Shown here one piece after another: positions 24,044 to 36,282 of a stretch of DNA of 64,000 bases. The notes beneath the pieces are model-generated. The model ran no database searches. It was not told the origin of the DNA and was given only the letters and a program-made list of their open reading frames with translations. Within the stretch, counting starts at the first letter, position 1. The number at the start of each line of letters is the position of its first letter. Source of the DNA: Lingula anatina (Eukaryota > Animalia > Brachiopoda); contig CM120647.1 in the NCBI GenBank assembly GCA_051362555.1, positions 10,578,651 through 10,642,650 on the forward strand, written 5' to 3'. The position numbers and the translations under genes are program-made.

Positions 24044-27000
24044 CTCCACCCCCCCCTCTCTCCAAATCCTGTTCTCAGGTGTGCTTTCTGGCAATCTTTA
24101 AAGCTGAAATTGGGGGCTTTAATGAAGTGACCCGGGCGCGTTTCCACATTTTTTATGAATGTCAGGTGTGGTAAATTAATTTTCATCACTTTTTGGAAAA
24201 ATTGGTGACGGGTCATTTTTGGGTGATTTTGAGAGATTTTCGTAAGGTCCGGATATGGCAGTTTTCTTCAATTTTGGCCAGGTAGGGATGAAAAATTTTT
24301 TTCTTCAATATTGTATCAGGTAGGTGTGTTTGGTCATTTGTAGTGAGGGTAAAGTGCTGGAAGAGTGATTGTGTCATTATTTAGGAAGAAATAGAGCAAA
24401 AACTCTCTCCACCCCCCCCCCTCTCCAAATCCTGTTCTCAGGTGTGCTTTCTGGCAATCTTTAAAGCTGAAATTGGGGGCTTTAATGAAGTGACCCGGGC
24501 GCGTTTCCACATTTTTTATGAATGTCAGGTGTGGTAAATTAATTTTCATCACTTTTTGGAAAAATTGGTGACGGGTCATTTTTGGGTGATTTTGAGAGAT
24601 TTTCGTAAGGTCCGGATATGGCAGTTTTCTTCAATTTTGGCCAGGTAGGGATGAAAAATTTTTTTCTTCAATATTGTGTCAGGTAGGTGTGTTTGGTCAT
24701 TTGTAGTGAGGGTAAAGTGCTGGAAGAGTGATTGTGTCATTATTTAGGAAGAAATAGAGCAAAAACTCTCTCCACCCCCCCTCTCTCCAAATCCTGTTCT
24801 CAGGTGTGCTTTCTGGCAATCTTTAAAGCTGAAATTGGGGGCTTTAATGAAGTGACCCGGGAGCGTTTCCACATTTTTTATGAATGTCAGGTGTGGTAAA
24901 TTAATTTTCATCACTTTTTGGAAAAATTGGTGACGGGTCATTTTTGGGTGATTTTGAGAGATTTTCGTAAGGTCCGGATATGGCAGTTTTCTTCAATTTT
25001 GGCCAGGTAGGGATGAAAAATTTTTTTCTTCAATATTGTGTCAGGTAGGTGTGTTTGGTCATTTGTAGTGAGGGTAAAGTGCTGGAAGAGTGATTGTGTC
25101 ATTATTTAGGAAGAAATAGAGCAAAAACTCTCTCCACCCCCCCTCTCTCCAAATCCTGTTCTCAGGTGTGCTTTCTGGCAATCTTTAAAGCTGAAATTGG
25201 GGGCTTTAATGAAGTGACCCGGGCGCGTTTCCACATTTTTTATGAATGTCAGGTGTGGTAAATTAATTTTCATCACTTTTTGGAAAAATTGGTGACGGGT
25301 CATTTTTGGGTGATTTTGAGAGATTTTCGTAAGGTCCGGATATGGCAGTTTTCTTCAATTTTGGCCAGGTAGGGATGAAAAATTTTTTTCTTCAATATTG
25401 TGTCAGGTAGGTGTGTTTGGTCATTTGTAGTGAGGGTAAAGTGCTGGAAGAGTGATTGTGTCATTATTTAGGAAGAAATAGAGCAAAAACTCTCTCCACC
25501 CCCCCTCTCTCCAAATCCTGTTCTCAGGTGTGCTTTCTGGCAATCTTTAAAGCTGAAATTGGGGGCTTTAATGAAGTGACCCGGGCGCGTTTCCACATTT
25601 TTTATGAATGTCAGGTGTGGTAAATTAATTTTCATCACTTTTTGGAAAAATTGGTGACGGGTCATTTTTGGGTGATTTTGAGAGATTTTCGTAAGGTCCG
25701 GATATGGCAGTTTTCTTCAATTTTGGCCAGGTAGGGATGAAAAATTTTTTTCTTCAATATTGTGTCAGGTAGGTGTGTTTGGTCATTTGTAGTGAGGGTA
25801 AAGTGCTGGAAGAGTGATTGTGTCATTATTTAGGAAGAAATAGAGCAAAAACTCTCTCCACCCCCCCTCTCTCCAAATCCTGTTCTCAGGTGTGCTTTCT
25901 GGCAATCTTTAAAGCTGAAATTGGGGGCTTTAATGAAGTGACCCGGGCGCGTTTCCACATTTTTTATGAATGTCAGGTGTGGTAAATTAATTTTCATCAC
26001 TTTTTGGAAAAATTGGTGACGGGTCATTTTTGGGTGATTTTGAGAGATTTTCGTAAGGTCCGGATATGGCAGTTTTCTTCAATTTTGGCCAGGTAGGGAT
26101 GAAAAATTTTTTTCTTCAATATTGTGTCAGGTAGGTGTGTTTGGTCATTTGTAGTGAGGGTAAAGTGCTGGAAGAGTGATTGTGTCATTATTTAGGAAGA
26201 AATAGAGCAAAAACTCTCTCCACCCCCCCTCTCTCCAAATCCTGTTCTCAGGTGTGCTTTCTGGCAATCTTTAAAGCTGAAATTGGGGGCTTTAATGAAG
26301 TGACCCGGGCGCGTTTCCACATTTTTTATGAATGTCAGGTGTGGTAAATTAATTTTCATCACTTTTTGGAAAAATTGGTGACGGGTCATTTTTGGGTGAT
26401 TTTGAGAGATTTTCGTAAGGTCCGGATATGGCAGTTTTCTTCAATTTTGGCCAGGTAGGGATGAAAAATTTTTTTCTTCAATATTGTGTCAGGTAGGTGT
26501 GTTTGGTCATTTGTAGTGAGGGTAAAGTGCTGGAAGAGTGATTGTGTCATTATTTAGGAAGAAATAGAGCAAAAACTCTCTCCACCCCCCCTCTCTCCAA
26601 ATCCTGTTCTCAGGTGTGCTTTCTGGCAATCTTTAAAGCTGAAATTGGGGGCTTTAATGAAGTGACCCGGGCGCGTTTCCACATTTTTTATGAATGTCAG
26701 GTGTGGTAAATTAATTTTCATCACTTTTTGGAAAAATTGGTGACGGGTCATTTTTGGGTGATTTTGAGAGATTTTCGTAAGGTCCGGATATGGCAGTTTT
26801 CTTCAATTTTGGCCAGGTAGGGATGAAAAATTTTTTTCTTCAATATTGTGTCAGGTAGGTGTGTTTGGTCATTTGTAGTGAGGGTAAAGTGCTGGAAGAG
26901 TGATTGTGTCATTATTTAGGAAGAAATAGAGCAAAAACTCTCTCCACCCCCCCCTCTCTCCAAATCCTGTTCTCAGGTGTGCTTTCTGGCAATCTTTAAA

Positions 27001-30000
27001 GCTGAAATTGGGGGCTTTAATGAAGTGACCCGGGCGCGTTTCCACATTTTTTATGAATGTCAGGTGTGGTAAATTAATTTTCATCACTTTTTGGAAAAAT
27101 TGGTGACGGGTCATTTTTGGGTGATTTTGAGAGATTTTCGTAAGGTCCGGATATGGCAGTTTTCTTCAATTTTGGCCAGGTAGGGATGAAAAATTTTTTT
27201 CTTCAATATTGTGTCAGGTAGGTGTGTTTGGTCATTTGTAGTGAGGGTAAAGTGCTGGAAGAGTGATTGTGTCATTATTTAGGAAGAAATAGAGCAAAAA
27301 CTCTCTCCACCCCCCCTCTCTCCAAATCCTGTTCTCAGGTGTGCTTTCTGGCAATCTTTAAAGCTGAAATTGGGGGCTTTAATGAAGTGACCCGGGCGCG
27401 TTTCCACATTTTTTATGAATGTCAGGTGTGGTAAATTAATTTTCATCACTTTTTGGAAAAATTGGTGACGGGTCATTTTTGGGTGATTTTGAGAGATTTT
27501 CGTAAGGTCCGGATATGGCAGTTTTCTTCAATTTTGGCCAGGTAGGGATGAAAAATTTTTTTCTTCAATATTGTGTCAGGTAGGTGTGTTTGGTCATTTG
27601 TAGTGAGGGTAAAGTGCTGGAAGAGTGATTGTGTCATTATTTAGGAAGAAATAGAGCAAAAACTCTCTCCACCCCCCCTCTCTCCAAATCCTGTTCTCAG
27701 GTGTGCTTTCTGGCAATCTTTAAAGCTGAAATTGGGGGCTTTAATGAAGTGACCCGGGCCCGTTTCCACATTTTTTATGAATGTCAGGTGTGGTAAATTA
27801 ATTTTCATCACTTTTTGGAAAAATTGGTGACGGGTCATTTTTGGGTGATTTTGAGAGATTTTCGTAAGGTCGGATATGGCAGTTTTCTTCAATTTTGGCC
27901 AGGTAGGGATGAAAAATTTTTTCTTCAATATTGTGTCAGGTAGGTGTGTTTGGTCATTTGTAGTGAGGGTAAAGTGCTGGAAGAGTGATTGTGTCATTAT
28001 TTAGGAAGAAATAGAGCAAAAACTCTCTCCACCCCCCCCTCTCTCCAATTCCTGTTCTCAGGTGTGCTTTCTGGCAATCTTTAAAGCTGAAATTGGGGGC
28101 TTTAATGAAGTGACCCGGGCGCGTTTCCACATTTTTTATGAATGTCAGGTGTGGTAAATTAATTTTCATCACTTTTTGGAAAAATTGGTGACGGGTCATT
28201 TTTGGGTGATTTTGAGAGATTTTCGTAAGGTCTGGATATGGCAGTTTTCTTCAATTTTGGCCAGGTAGGGATGAAAAATTTTTTTCTTCAATATTGTGTC
28301 AGGTAGGTGTGTTTGGTCATTTGTAGTGAGGGTAAAGTGCTGGAAGAGTGATTGTGTCATTATTTAGGAAGAAATAGAGCAAAAACTCTCTCCACCCCCC
28401 CCTCTCTCCAAATCCTGTTCTCAGGTGTGCTTTCTGGCAATCTTTAAAGCTGAAATTGGGGGCTTTAATGAAGTGACCCGGGCGCGTTTCCACATTTTTT
28501 ATGAATGTCAGGTGTGGTAAATTAATTTTCATCACTTTTTGGAAAAATTGGTGACGGGTCATTTTTGGGTGATTTTGAGAGATTTTCGTAAGGTCCGGAT
28601 ATGGCAGTTTTCTTCAATTTTGGCCAGGTAGGGATGAAAAAATTTTTTCTTCAATATTGTGTCAGGTAGGTGTGTTTGGTCATTTGTAGTGAGGGTAAAG
28701 TGCTGGAAGAGTGATTGTGTCATTATTTAGGAAGAAATAGAGCAAAAACTCTCTCCACCCCCCCCTCTCTCCAAATCCTGTTCTCAGGTGTGCTTTCTGG
28801 CAATCTTTAAAGCTGAAATTGGGGGCTTTAATGAAGTGACCCGGGCGCGTTTCCACATTTTTTATGAATGTCAGGTGTGGTAAATTAATTTTCATCACTT
28901 TTTGGAAAAATTGGTGACGGGTCATTTTTGGGTGATTTTGAGAGATTTTCGTAAGGTCCGGATATGGCAGTTTTCTTCAATTTTGGCCAGGTAGGGATGA
29001 AAAATTTTTTTCTTCAATATTGTGTCAGGTAGGTGTGTTTGGTCATTTGTAGTGAGGGTAAAGTGCTGGAAGAGTGATTGTGTCATTATTTAGGAAGAAA
29101 TAGAGCAAAAACTCTCTCCACCCCCCCTCTCTCCAAATCCTGTTCTCAGGTGTGCTTTCTGGCAATCTTTAAAGCTGAAATTGGGGGCTTTCATGAAGTG
29201 ACCCGGGCGCGTTTCCACATTTTTTATGAATGTCAGGTGTGGTAAATTAATTTTCATCACTTTTTGGAAAAATTGGTGACGGGTCATTTTTGGGTGATTT
29301 TGAGAGATTTTCGTAAGGTCCGGATATGGCAGTTTTCTTCAATTTTGGCCAGGTAGGGATGAAAAATTTTTTTCTTCAATATTGTGTCAGGTAGGTGTGT
29401 TTGGTCATTTGTAGTGAGGGTAAAGTGCTGGAAGAGTGATTGTGTCATTATTTAGGAAGAAATAGAGCAAAAACTCTCTCCACCCCCCCTCTCTCCAAAT
29501 CCTGTTCTCAGGTGTGCTTTCTGGCAATCTTTAAAGCTGAAATTGGGGGCTTTAATGAAGTGACCCGGGCGCGTTTCCACATTTTTTATGAATGTCAGTT
29601 GTGGTAAATTAATTTTCATCACTTTTTGGAAAAATTGGTGACGGGTCATTTTTGGGTGATTTTGAGAGATTTTCGTAAGGTCCGGATATGGCAGTTTTCT
29701 TCAATTTTGGCCAGGTAGGGATGAAAAATTTTTTTCTTCAATATTGTGTCAGGTAGGTGTGTTTGGTCATTTGTAGTGAGGGTAAAGTGCTGGAAGAGTG
29801 ATTGTGTCATTATTTAGGAAGAAATAGAGCAAAAACTCTCTCCACCCCCCCTCTCTCCAAATCCTGTTCTCAGGTGTGCTTTCTGGCAATCTTTAAAGCT
29901 GAAATTGGGGGCTTTAATGAAGTGACCCGGGCGCGTTTCCACATTTTTTATGAATGTCAGGTGTGGTAAATTAATTTTCATCACTTTTTGGAAAAATTGG

Positions 30001-32654
30001 TGACGGGTCATTTTTGGGTGATTTTGAGAGATTTTCGTAAGGTCTGGATATGGCAGTTTTCTTCAATTTTGGCCAGGTAGGGATGAAAAATTTTTTTCTT
30101 CGATATTGTGTCAGGTAGGTGTGTTTGGTCATTTGTAGTGAGGGTAAAGTGCTGGAAGAGTGATTGTGTCATTATTTAGGAAGAAATAGAGCAAAAACTC
30201 TCTCCACCCCCCCTCTCTCCAAATCCTGTTCTCAGGTGTGCTTTCTGGCAATCTTTAAAGCTGAAATTGGGGGCTTTAATGAAGTGACCCGGGCGCGTTT
30301 CCACATTTTTTATGAATGTCAGGTGTGGTAAATTAATTTTCATCACTTTTTGGAAAAATTGGTGACGGGTCATTTTTGGGTGATTTTGAGAGATTTTCGT
30401 AAGGTCCGGATATGGCAGTTTTCTTCAATTTTGGCCAGGTAGGGATGAAAAATTTTTTTCTTCAATATTGTGTCAGGTAGGTGTGTTTGGTCATTTGTAG
30501 TGAGGGTAAAATGCTGGAAGAGTGATTGTGTCATTATTTAGGAAGAAATAGAGCAAAAACTCTCTCCACCCCCCCTCTCTCCAAATCCTGTTCTCAGGTG
30601 TGCTTTCTGGCAATCTTTAAAGCTGAAATTGGGGGCTTTAATGAAGTGACCCGGGCGCGTTTCCACATTTTTTATGAATGTCAGTTGTGGTAAATTAATT
30701 TTCATCACTTTTTGGAAAAATTGGTGACGGGTCATTTTTGGGTGATTTTGAGAGATTTTCGTAAGGTCCGGATATGGCAGTTTTCTTCAATTTTGGCCAG
30801 GTAGGGATGAAAAATTTTTTTCTTCAATATTGTGTCAGGTAGGTGTGTTTGGTCATTTGTAGTGATGGTAAAGTGCTGGAAGAGTGATTGTGTCATTATT
30901 TAGGAAGAAATAGAGCAAAAACTCTCTCCACCCCCCCTCTCTCCAAATCCTGTTCTCAGGTGTGCTTTCTGGCAATCTTTAAAGCTGAAATTGGGGGCTT
31001 TCATGAAGTGACCCGGGCGCGTTTCCACATTTTTTATGAATGTCAGGTGTGGTAAATTAATTTTCATCACTTTTTGGAAAAATTGGTGACGGGTCATTTT
31101 TGGGTGATTTTGAGAGATTTTCGTAAGGTCCGGATATGGCAGTTTTCTTCAATTTTGGCCAGGTAGGGATGAAAAATTTTTTTCTTCAATATTGTGTCAG
31201 GTAGGTGTGTTTGGTCATTTGTAGTGAGGGTAAAGTGCTGGAAGAGTGATTGTGTCATTATTTAGGAAGAAATAGAGCAAAAACTCTCTCCACCCCCCCT
31301 CTCTCCAAATCCTGTTCTCAGGTGTGCTTTCTGGCAATCTTTAAAGCTGAAATTGGGGGCTTTAATGAAGTGACCCGGGCGCGTTTCCACATTTTTTATG
31401 AATGTCAGGTGTGGTAAATTAATTTTCATCACTTTTTGGAAAAATTGGTGACGGGTCATTTTTGGGTGATTTTGAGAGATTTTCGTAAGGTCCGGATATG
31501 GCAGTTTTCTTCAATTTTGGCCAGGTAGGGATGAAAAATTTTTTTCTTCAATATTGTGTCAGGTAGGTGTGTTTGGTCATTTGTAGTGAGGGTAAAGTGC
31601 TGGAAGAGTGATTGTGTCATTATTTAGGAAGAAATAGAGCAAAAACTCTCTCCACCCCCCCTCTCTCCAAATCCTGTTCTCAGGTGTGCTTTCTGGCAAT
31701 CTTTAAAGCTGAAATTGGGGGCTTTAATGAAGTGACCCGGGCGCGTTTCCACATTTTTTATGAATGTCAGGTGTGGTAAATTAATTTTCATCACTTTTTG
31801 GAAAAATTGGTGACGGGTCATTTTTGGGTGATTTTGAGAGATTTTCGTAAGGTCCAGATATGGCAGTTTTCTTCAATTTTGGCCAGGTAGGGATGAAAAA
31901 TTTTTTTCTTCAATATTGTGTCAGGTAGGTGTGTTTGGTCATTTGTAGTGAGGGTAAAGTGCTGGAAGAGTGATTGTGTCATTATTTAGGAAGAAATAGA
32001 GCAAAAACTCTCTCCACCCCCCCCCTCTCTCCAATTCCTGTTCTCAGGTGTGCTTTCTGGCAATCTTTAAAGCTGAAATTGGGGGCTTTAATGAAGTGAC
32101 CCGGGCGCGTTTCCACATTTTTTATGAATGTCAGGTGTGGTAGATTAATTTTCATCACTTTTTGGAAAAATTGGTGACGGGTCATTTTGGGGGAATTTTG
32201 AGAGATTTTCGTAAGGTCCGGTTATGGCAGTTTTCTTCAATTTTGGCCAGGTAGGGATGAAAAATTTTTTTCTTCAATATTGTGTCAGGTAGGTGTGTTT
32301 GGTCATTTGTAGTGAGGGTAAAGTGCTGGAAGAGTGATTGTGTCATTATTTAGGAAGAAATAGAGCAAAAACTCTCTCCACCCCCCCCTCTCTCCAAATC
32401 CTGTTCTCAGGTGTGCTTTCTGGCAATCTTTAAAGCTGAAATTGGGGGCTTTAATGAAGTGACCCGGGCGCGTTTCCACATTTTTTATGAATGTCAGGTG
32501 TGGTAAATTAATTTTCATCACTTTTTGGAAAAATTGGTGACGGGTCATTTTTGGGTGATTTTGAGAGATTTTCGTAAGGTCCGGATATGGCAGTTTTCTT
32601 CAATTTTGGCCAGGTAGGGATGAAAAATTTTTTTCTTCAATATTGTGTCAGGTA

Positions 32655-35600
32655 GGTGTGTTTGGTCATTTGTAGTGAGGGTAAAGTGCTGGAAGAGTGA
32701 TTGTGTCATTATTTAGGAAGAAATAGAGCAAAAACTCTCTCCACCCCCCCCTCTCTCCAAATCCTGTTCTCAGGTGTGCTTTCTGGCAATCTTTAAAGCT
32801 GAAATTGGGGGCTTTAATGAAGTGACCCGGGCGCGTTTCCACATTTTTTATGAATGTCAGGTGTGGTAAATTAATTTTCATCACTTTTTGGAAAAATTGG
32901 TGACGGGTCATTTTTGGGTGATTTTGAGAGATTTTCGTAAGGTCCGGATATGGCAGTTTTCTTCAATTTTGGCCAGGTAGGGATGAAAAATTTTTTTCTT
33001 CAATATTGTGTCAGGTAGGTGTGTTTGGTCATTTGTAGTGAGGGTAAAGTGCTGGAAGAGTGATTGTGTCATTATTTAGGAAGAAATAGAGCAAAAACTC
33101 TCTCCACCCCCCCTCTCTCTAAATCCTGTTCTCAGGTGTGCTTTCTGGCAATCTTTAAAGCTGAAATTGGGGGCTTTAATGAAGTGACCTGGGCGCGTTT
33201 CCACATTTTTTATGAATGTCAGGTGTGGTAAATTAATTTTCATCACTTTTTGGAAAAATTGGTGACGGGTCATTTTTGGGTGATTTTGAGAGATTTTCGT
33301 AAGGTCCGGATATGGCAGTTTTCTTCAATTTTGGCCAGGTAGGGATGAAAAATTTTTTTCTTCAATATTGTGTCAGGTAGGTGTGTTTGGTCATTTGTAG
33401 TGAGGGTAAAGTGCTGGAAGAGTGATTGTGTCATTATTTAGGAAGAAATAGAGCAAAAACTCCCTCCACCCCCCCTCTCTCCAAATCATGTTCTCAGGTG
33501 TGCTTTCTGGCAATCTTTAAAGCTGAAATTGGGGGCTTTAATGAAGTGACCCGGGCGCGTTTCCACATTTTTTATGAATGTCAGGTGTGGTAAATTAATT
33601 TTCATCACTTTTTGTAAAAATTGGTGACGGGTCATTTTTGGGTGATTTTGAGAGATTTTCGTAAGGTCCGGATATGGCAGTTTTCTTCAATTTTGGCCAG
33701 GTAGGGATGAAAAATTTTTTTCTTCAATATTGTGTCAGGTAGGTGTGTTTGGTCATTTGTAGTGAGGGTAAAGTGCTGGAAGAGTGATTGTGTCATTATT
33801 TAGGAAGAAATAGAGCAAAAACTCTCTCCACCCCCCCTCTCTCCAAATCCTGTTCTCAGGTGTGCTTTCTGGCAATCTTTAAAGCTGAAATTGGGGGCTT
33901 TAATGAAGTGACCCGGGCGCGTTTCCACATTTTTTATGAATGTCAGGTGTGGTAAATTAATTTTCATCACTTTTTGGAAAAATTGGTGACGGGTCATTTT
34001 TGGGTGATTTTGAGAGATTTTCGTAAGGTCCGGATATGGCAGTTTTCTTCAATTTTGGCCAGGTAGGGATGAAAAATTTTTTTCTTCAATATTGTGTCAG
34101 GTAGGTGTGTTTGGTCATTTGTAGTGAGGGTAAAGTGCTGGAAGAGTGATTGTGTCATTATTTAGGAAGAAATAGAGCAAAAACTCTCTCCACCCCCCCC
34201 CCTCTCTCCAATTCCTGTTCTGAGGTGTGCTTTCTGGCAATCTTTAAAGCTGAAATTGGGGGCTTTAATGAAGTGACCCGGGCGCGTTTCCACATTTTTT
34301 ATGAATGTCAGGTGTGGTAAATTAATTTTCATCACTTTTTGGAAAAATTGGTGACGGGTCATTTTTGGGTGATTTTGAGAGATTTTCGTAAGGTCCGGAT
34401 ATGGCAGTTTTCTTCAATTTTGGCCAGGTAGGGATGAAAAATTTTTTTCTTCAATATTGTGTCAGGTAGGTGTGTTTGGTCATTTGTAGTGAGGGTAAAG
34501 TGCTGGAAGAGTGATTGTGTCATTATTTAGGAAGAAATAGAGCAAAAACTCTCTCCACCCCCCCCTCTCTCCAAATCCTGTTCTCAGGTGTGCTTTCTGG
34601 CAATCTTTAAAGCTGAAATTGGGGGCTTTAATGAAGTGACCCGGGCGCGTTTCCACATTTTTTATGAATGTCAGGTGTGGTAAATTAATTTTCATCACTT
34701 TTTGGAAAAATTGGTGACGGGTCATTTTTGGGTGATTTTGAGAGATTTTCGTAAGGTCCGGATATGGCAGTTTTCTTCAATTTTGGCCAGGTAGGGATGA
34801 AAAATTTTTTTCTTCAATATTGTGTCAGGTAGGTGTGTTTGGTCATTTGTAGTGAGGGTAAAGTGCTGGAAGAGTGATTGTGTCATTATTTAGGAAGAAA
34901 TAGAGCAAAAACTCTCTCCACCCCCCCTCTCTCTAAATCCTGTTCTCAGGTGTGCTTTCTGGCAATCTTTAAAGCTGAAATTGGGGGCTTTAATGAAGTG
35001 ACCTGGGCGCGTTTCCACATTTTTTATGAATGTCAGGTGTGGTAAATTAATTTTCATCACTTTTTGGAAAAATTGGTGACGGGTCATTTTTGGGTGATTT
35101 TGAGAGATTTTCGTAAGGTCCGGATATGGCAGTTTTCTTCAATTTTGGCCAGGTAGGGATGAAAAATTTTTTTCTTCAATATTGTGTCAGGTAGGTGTGT
35201 TTGGTCATTTGTAGTGAGGGTAAAGTGCTGGAAGAGTGATTGTGTCATTATTTAGGAAGAAATAGAGCAAAAACTCCCTCCACCCCCCCTCTCTCCAAAT
35301 CATGTTCTCAGGTGTGCTTTCTGGCAATCTTTAAAGCTGAAATTGGGGGCTTTAATGAAGTGACCCGGGCGCGTTTCCACATTTTTTATGAATGTCAGGT
35401 GTGGTAAATTAATTTTCATCACTTTTTGTAAAAATTGGTGACGGGTCATTTTTGGGTGATTTTGAGAGATTTTCGTAAGGTCCGGATATGGCAGTTTTCT
35501 TCAATTTTGGCCAGGTAGGGATGAAAAATTTTTTTCTTCAATATTGTGTCAGGTAGGTGTGTTTGGTCATTTGTAGTGAGGGTAAAGTGCTGGAAGAGTG

Positions 35601-36282
35601 ATTGTGTCATTATTTAGGAAGAAATAGAGCAAAAACTCTCTCCACCCCCCCTCTCTCCAAATCCTGTTCTCAGGTGTGCTTTCTGGCAATCTTTAAAGCT
35701 GAAATTGGGGGCTTTAATGAAGTGACCCGGGCGCGTTTCCACATTTTTTATGAATGTCAGGTGTGGTAAATTAATTTTCATCACTTTTTGGAAAAATTGG
35801 TGACGGGTCATTTTTGGGTGATTTTGAGAGATTTTCGTAAGGTCCGGATATGGCAGTTTTCTTCAATTTTGGCCAGGTAGGGATGAAAAATTTTTTTCTT
35901 CAATATTGTGTCAGGTAGGTGTGTTTGGTCATTTGTAGTGAGGGTAAAGTGCTGGAAGAGTGATTGTGTCATTATTTAGGAAGAAATAGAGCAAAAACTC
36001 TCTCCACCCCCCCCCCTCTCTCCAATTCCTGTTCTGAGGTGTGCTTTCTGGCAATCTTTAAAGCTGAAATTGGGGGCTTTAATGAAGTGACCCGGGCGCG
36101 TTTCCACATTTTTTATGAATGTCAGGTGTGGTAAATTAATTTTCATCACTTTTTGGAAAAATTGGTGACGGGTCATTTTTGGGTGATTTTGAGAGATTTT
36201 CGTAAGGTCCGGATATGGCAGTTTTCTTCAATTTTGGCGAGGTAGGGATGAAAAATTTTTTTCTTCAATATTGTGTCAGGTA
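32655..36282. repeat. Tandem duplication of a 5-monomer block (2 x 1814 bp) within the satellite
   Basis: Ordered variants repeat 1814 bp apart: C8; ctcTaaat + gaccTggg; actcCctcc + aaatcAtg + ttttgTaaaa; a consensus unit; C10 + ccaaTtcc + ttctGagg. Compare ORF track 33076/34890 and 34162/35976. Breakpoints are approximate. Confidence 0.9.
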
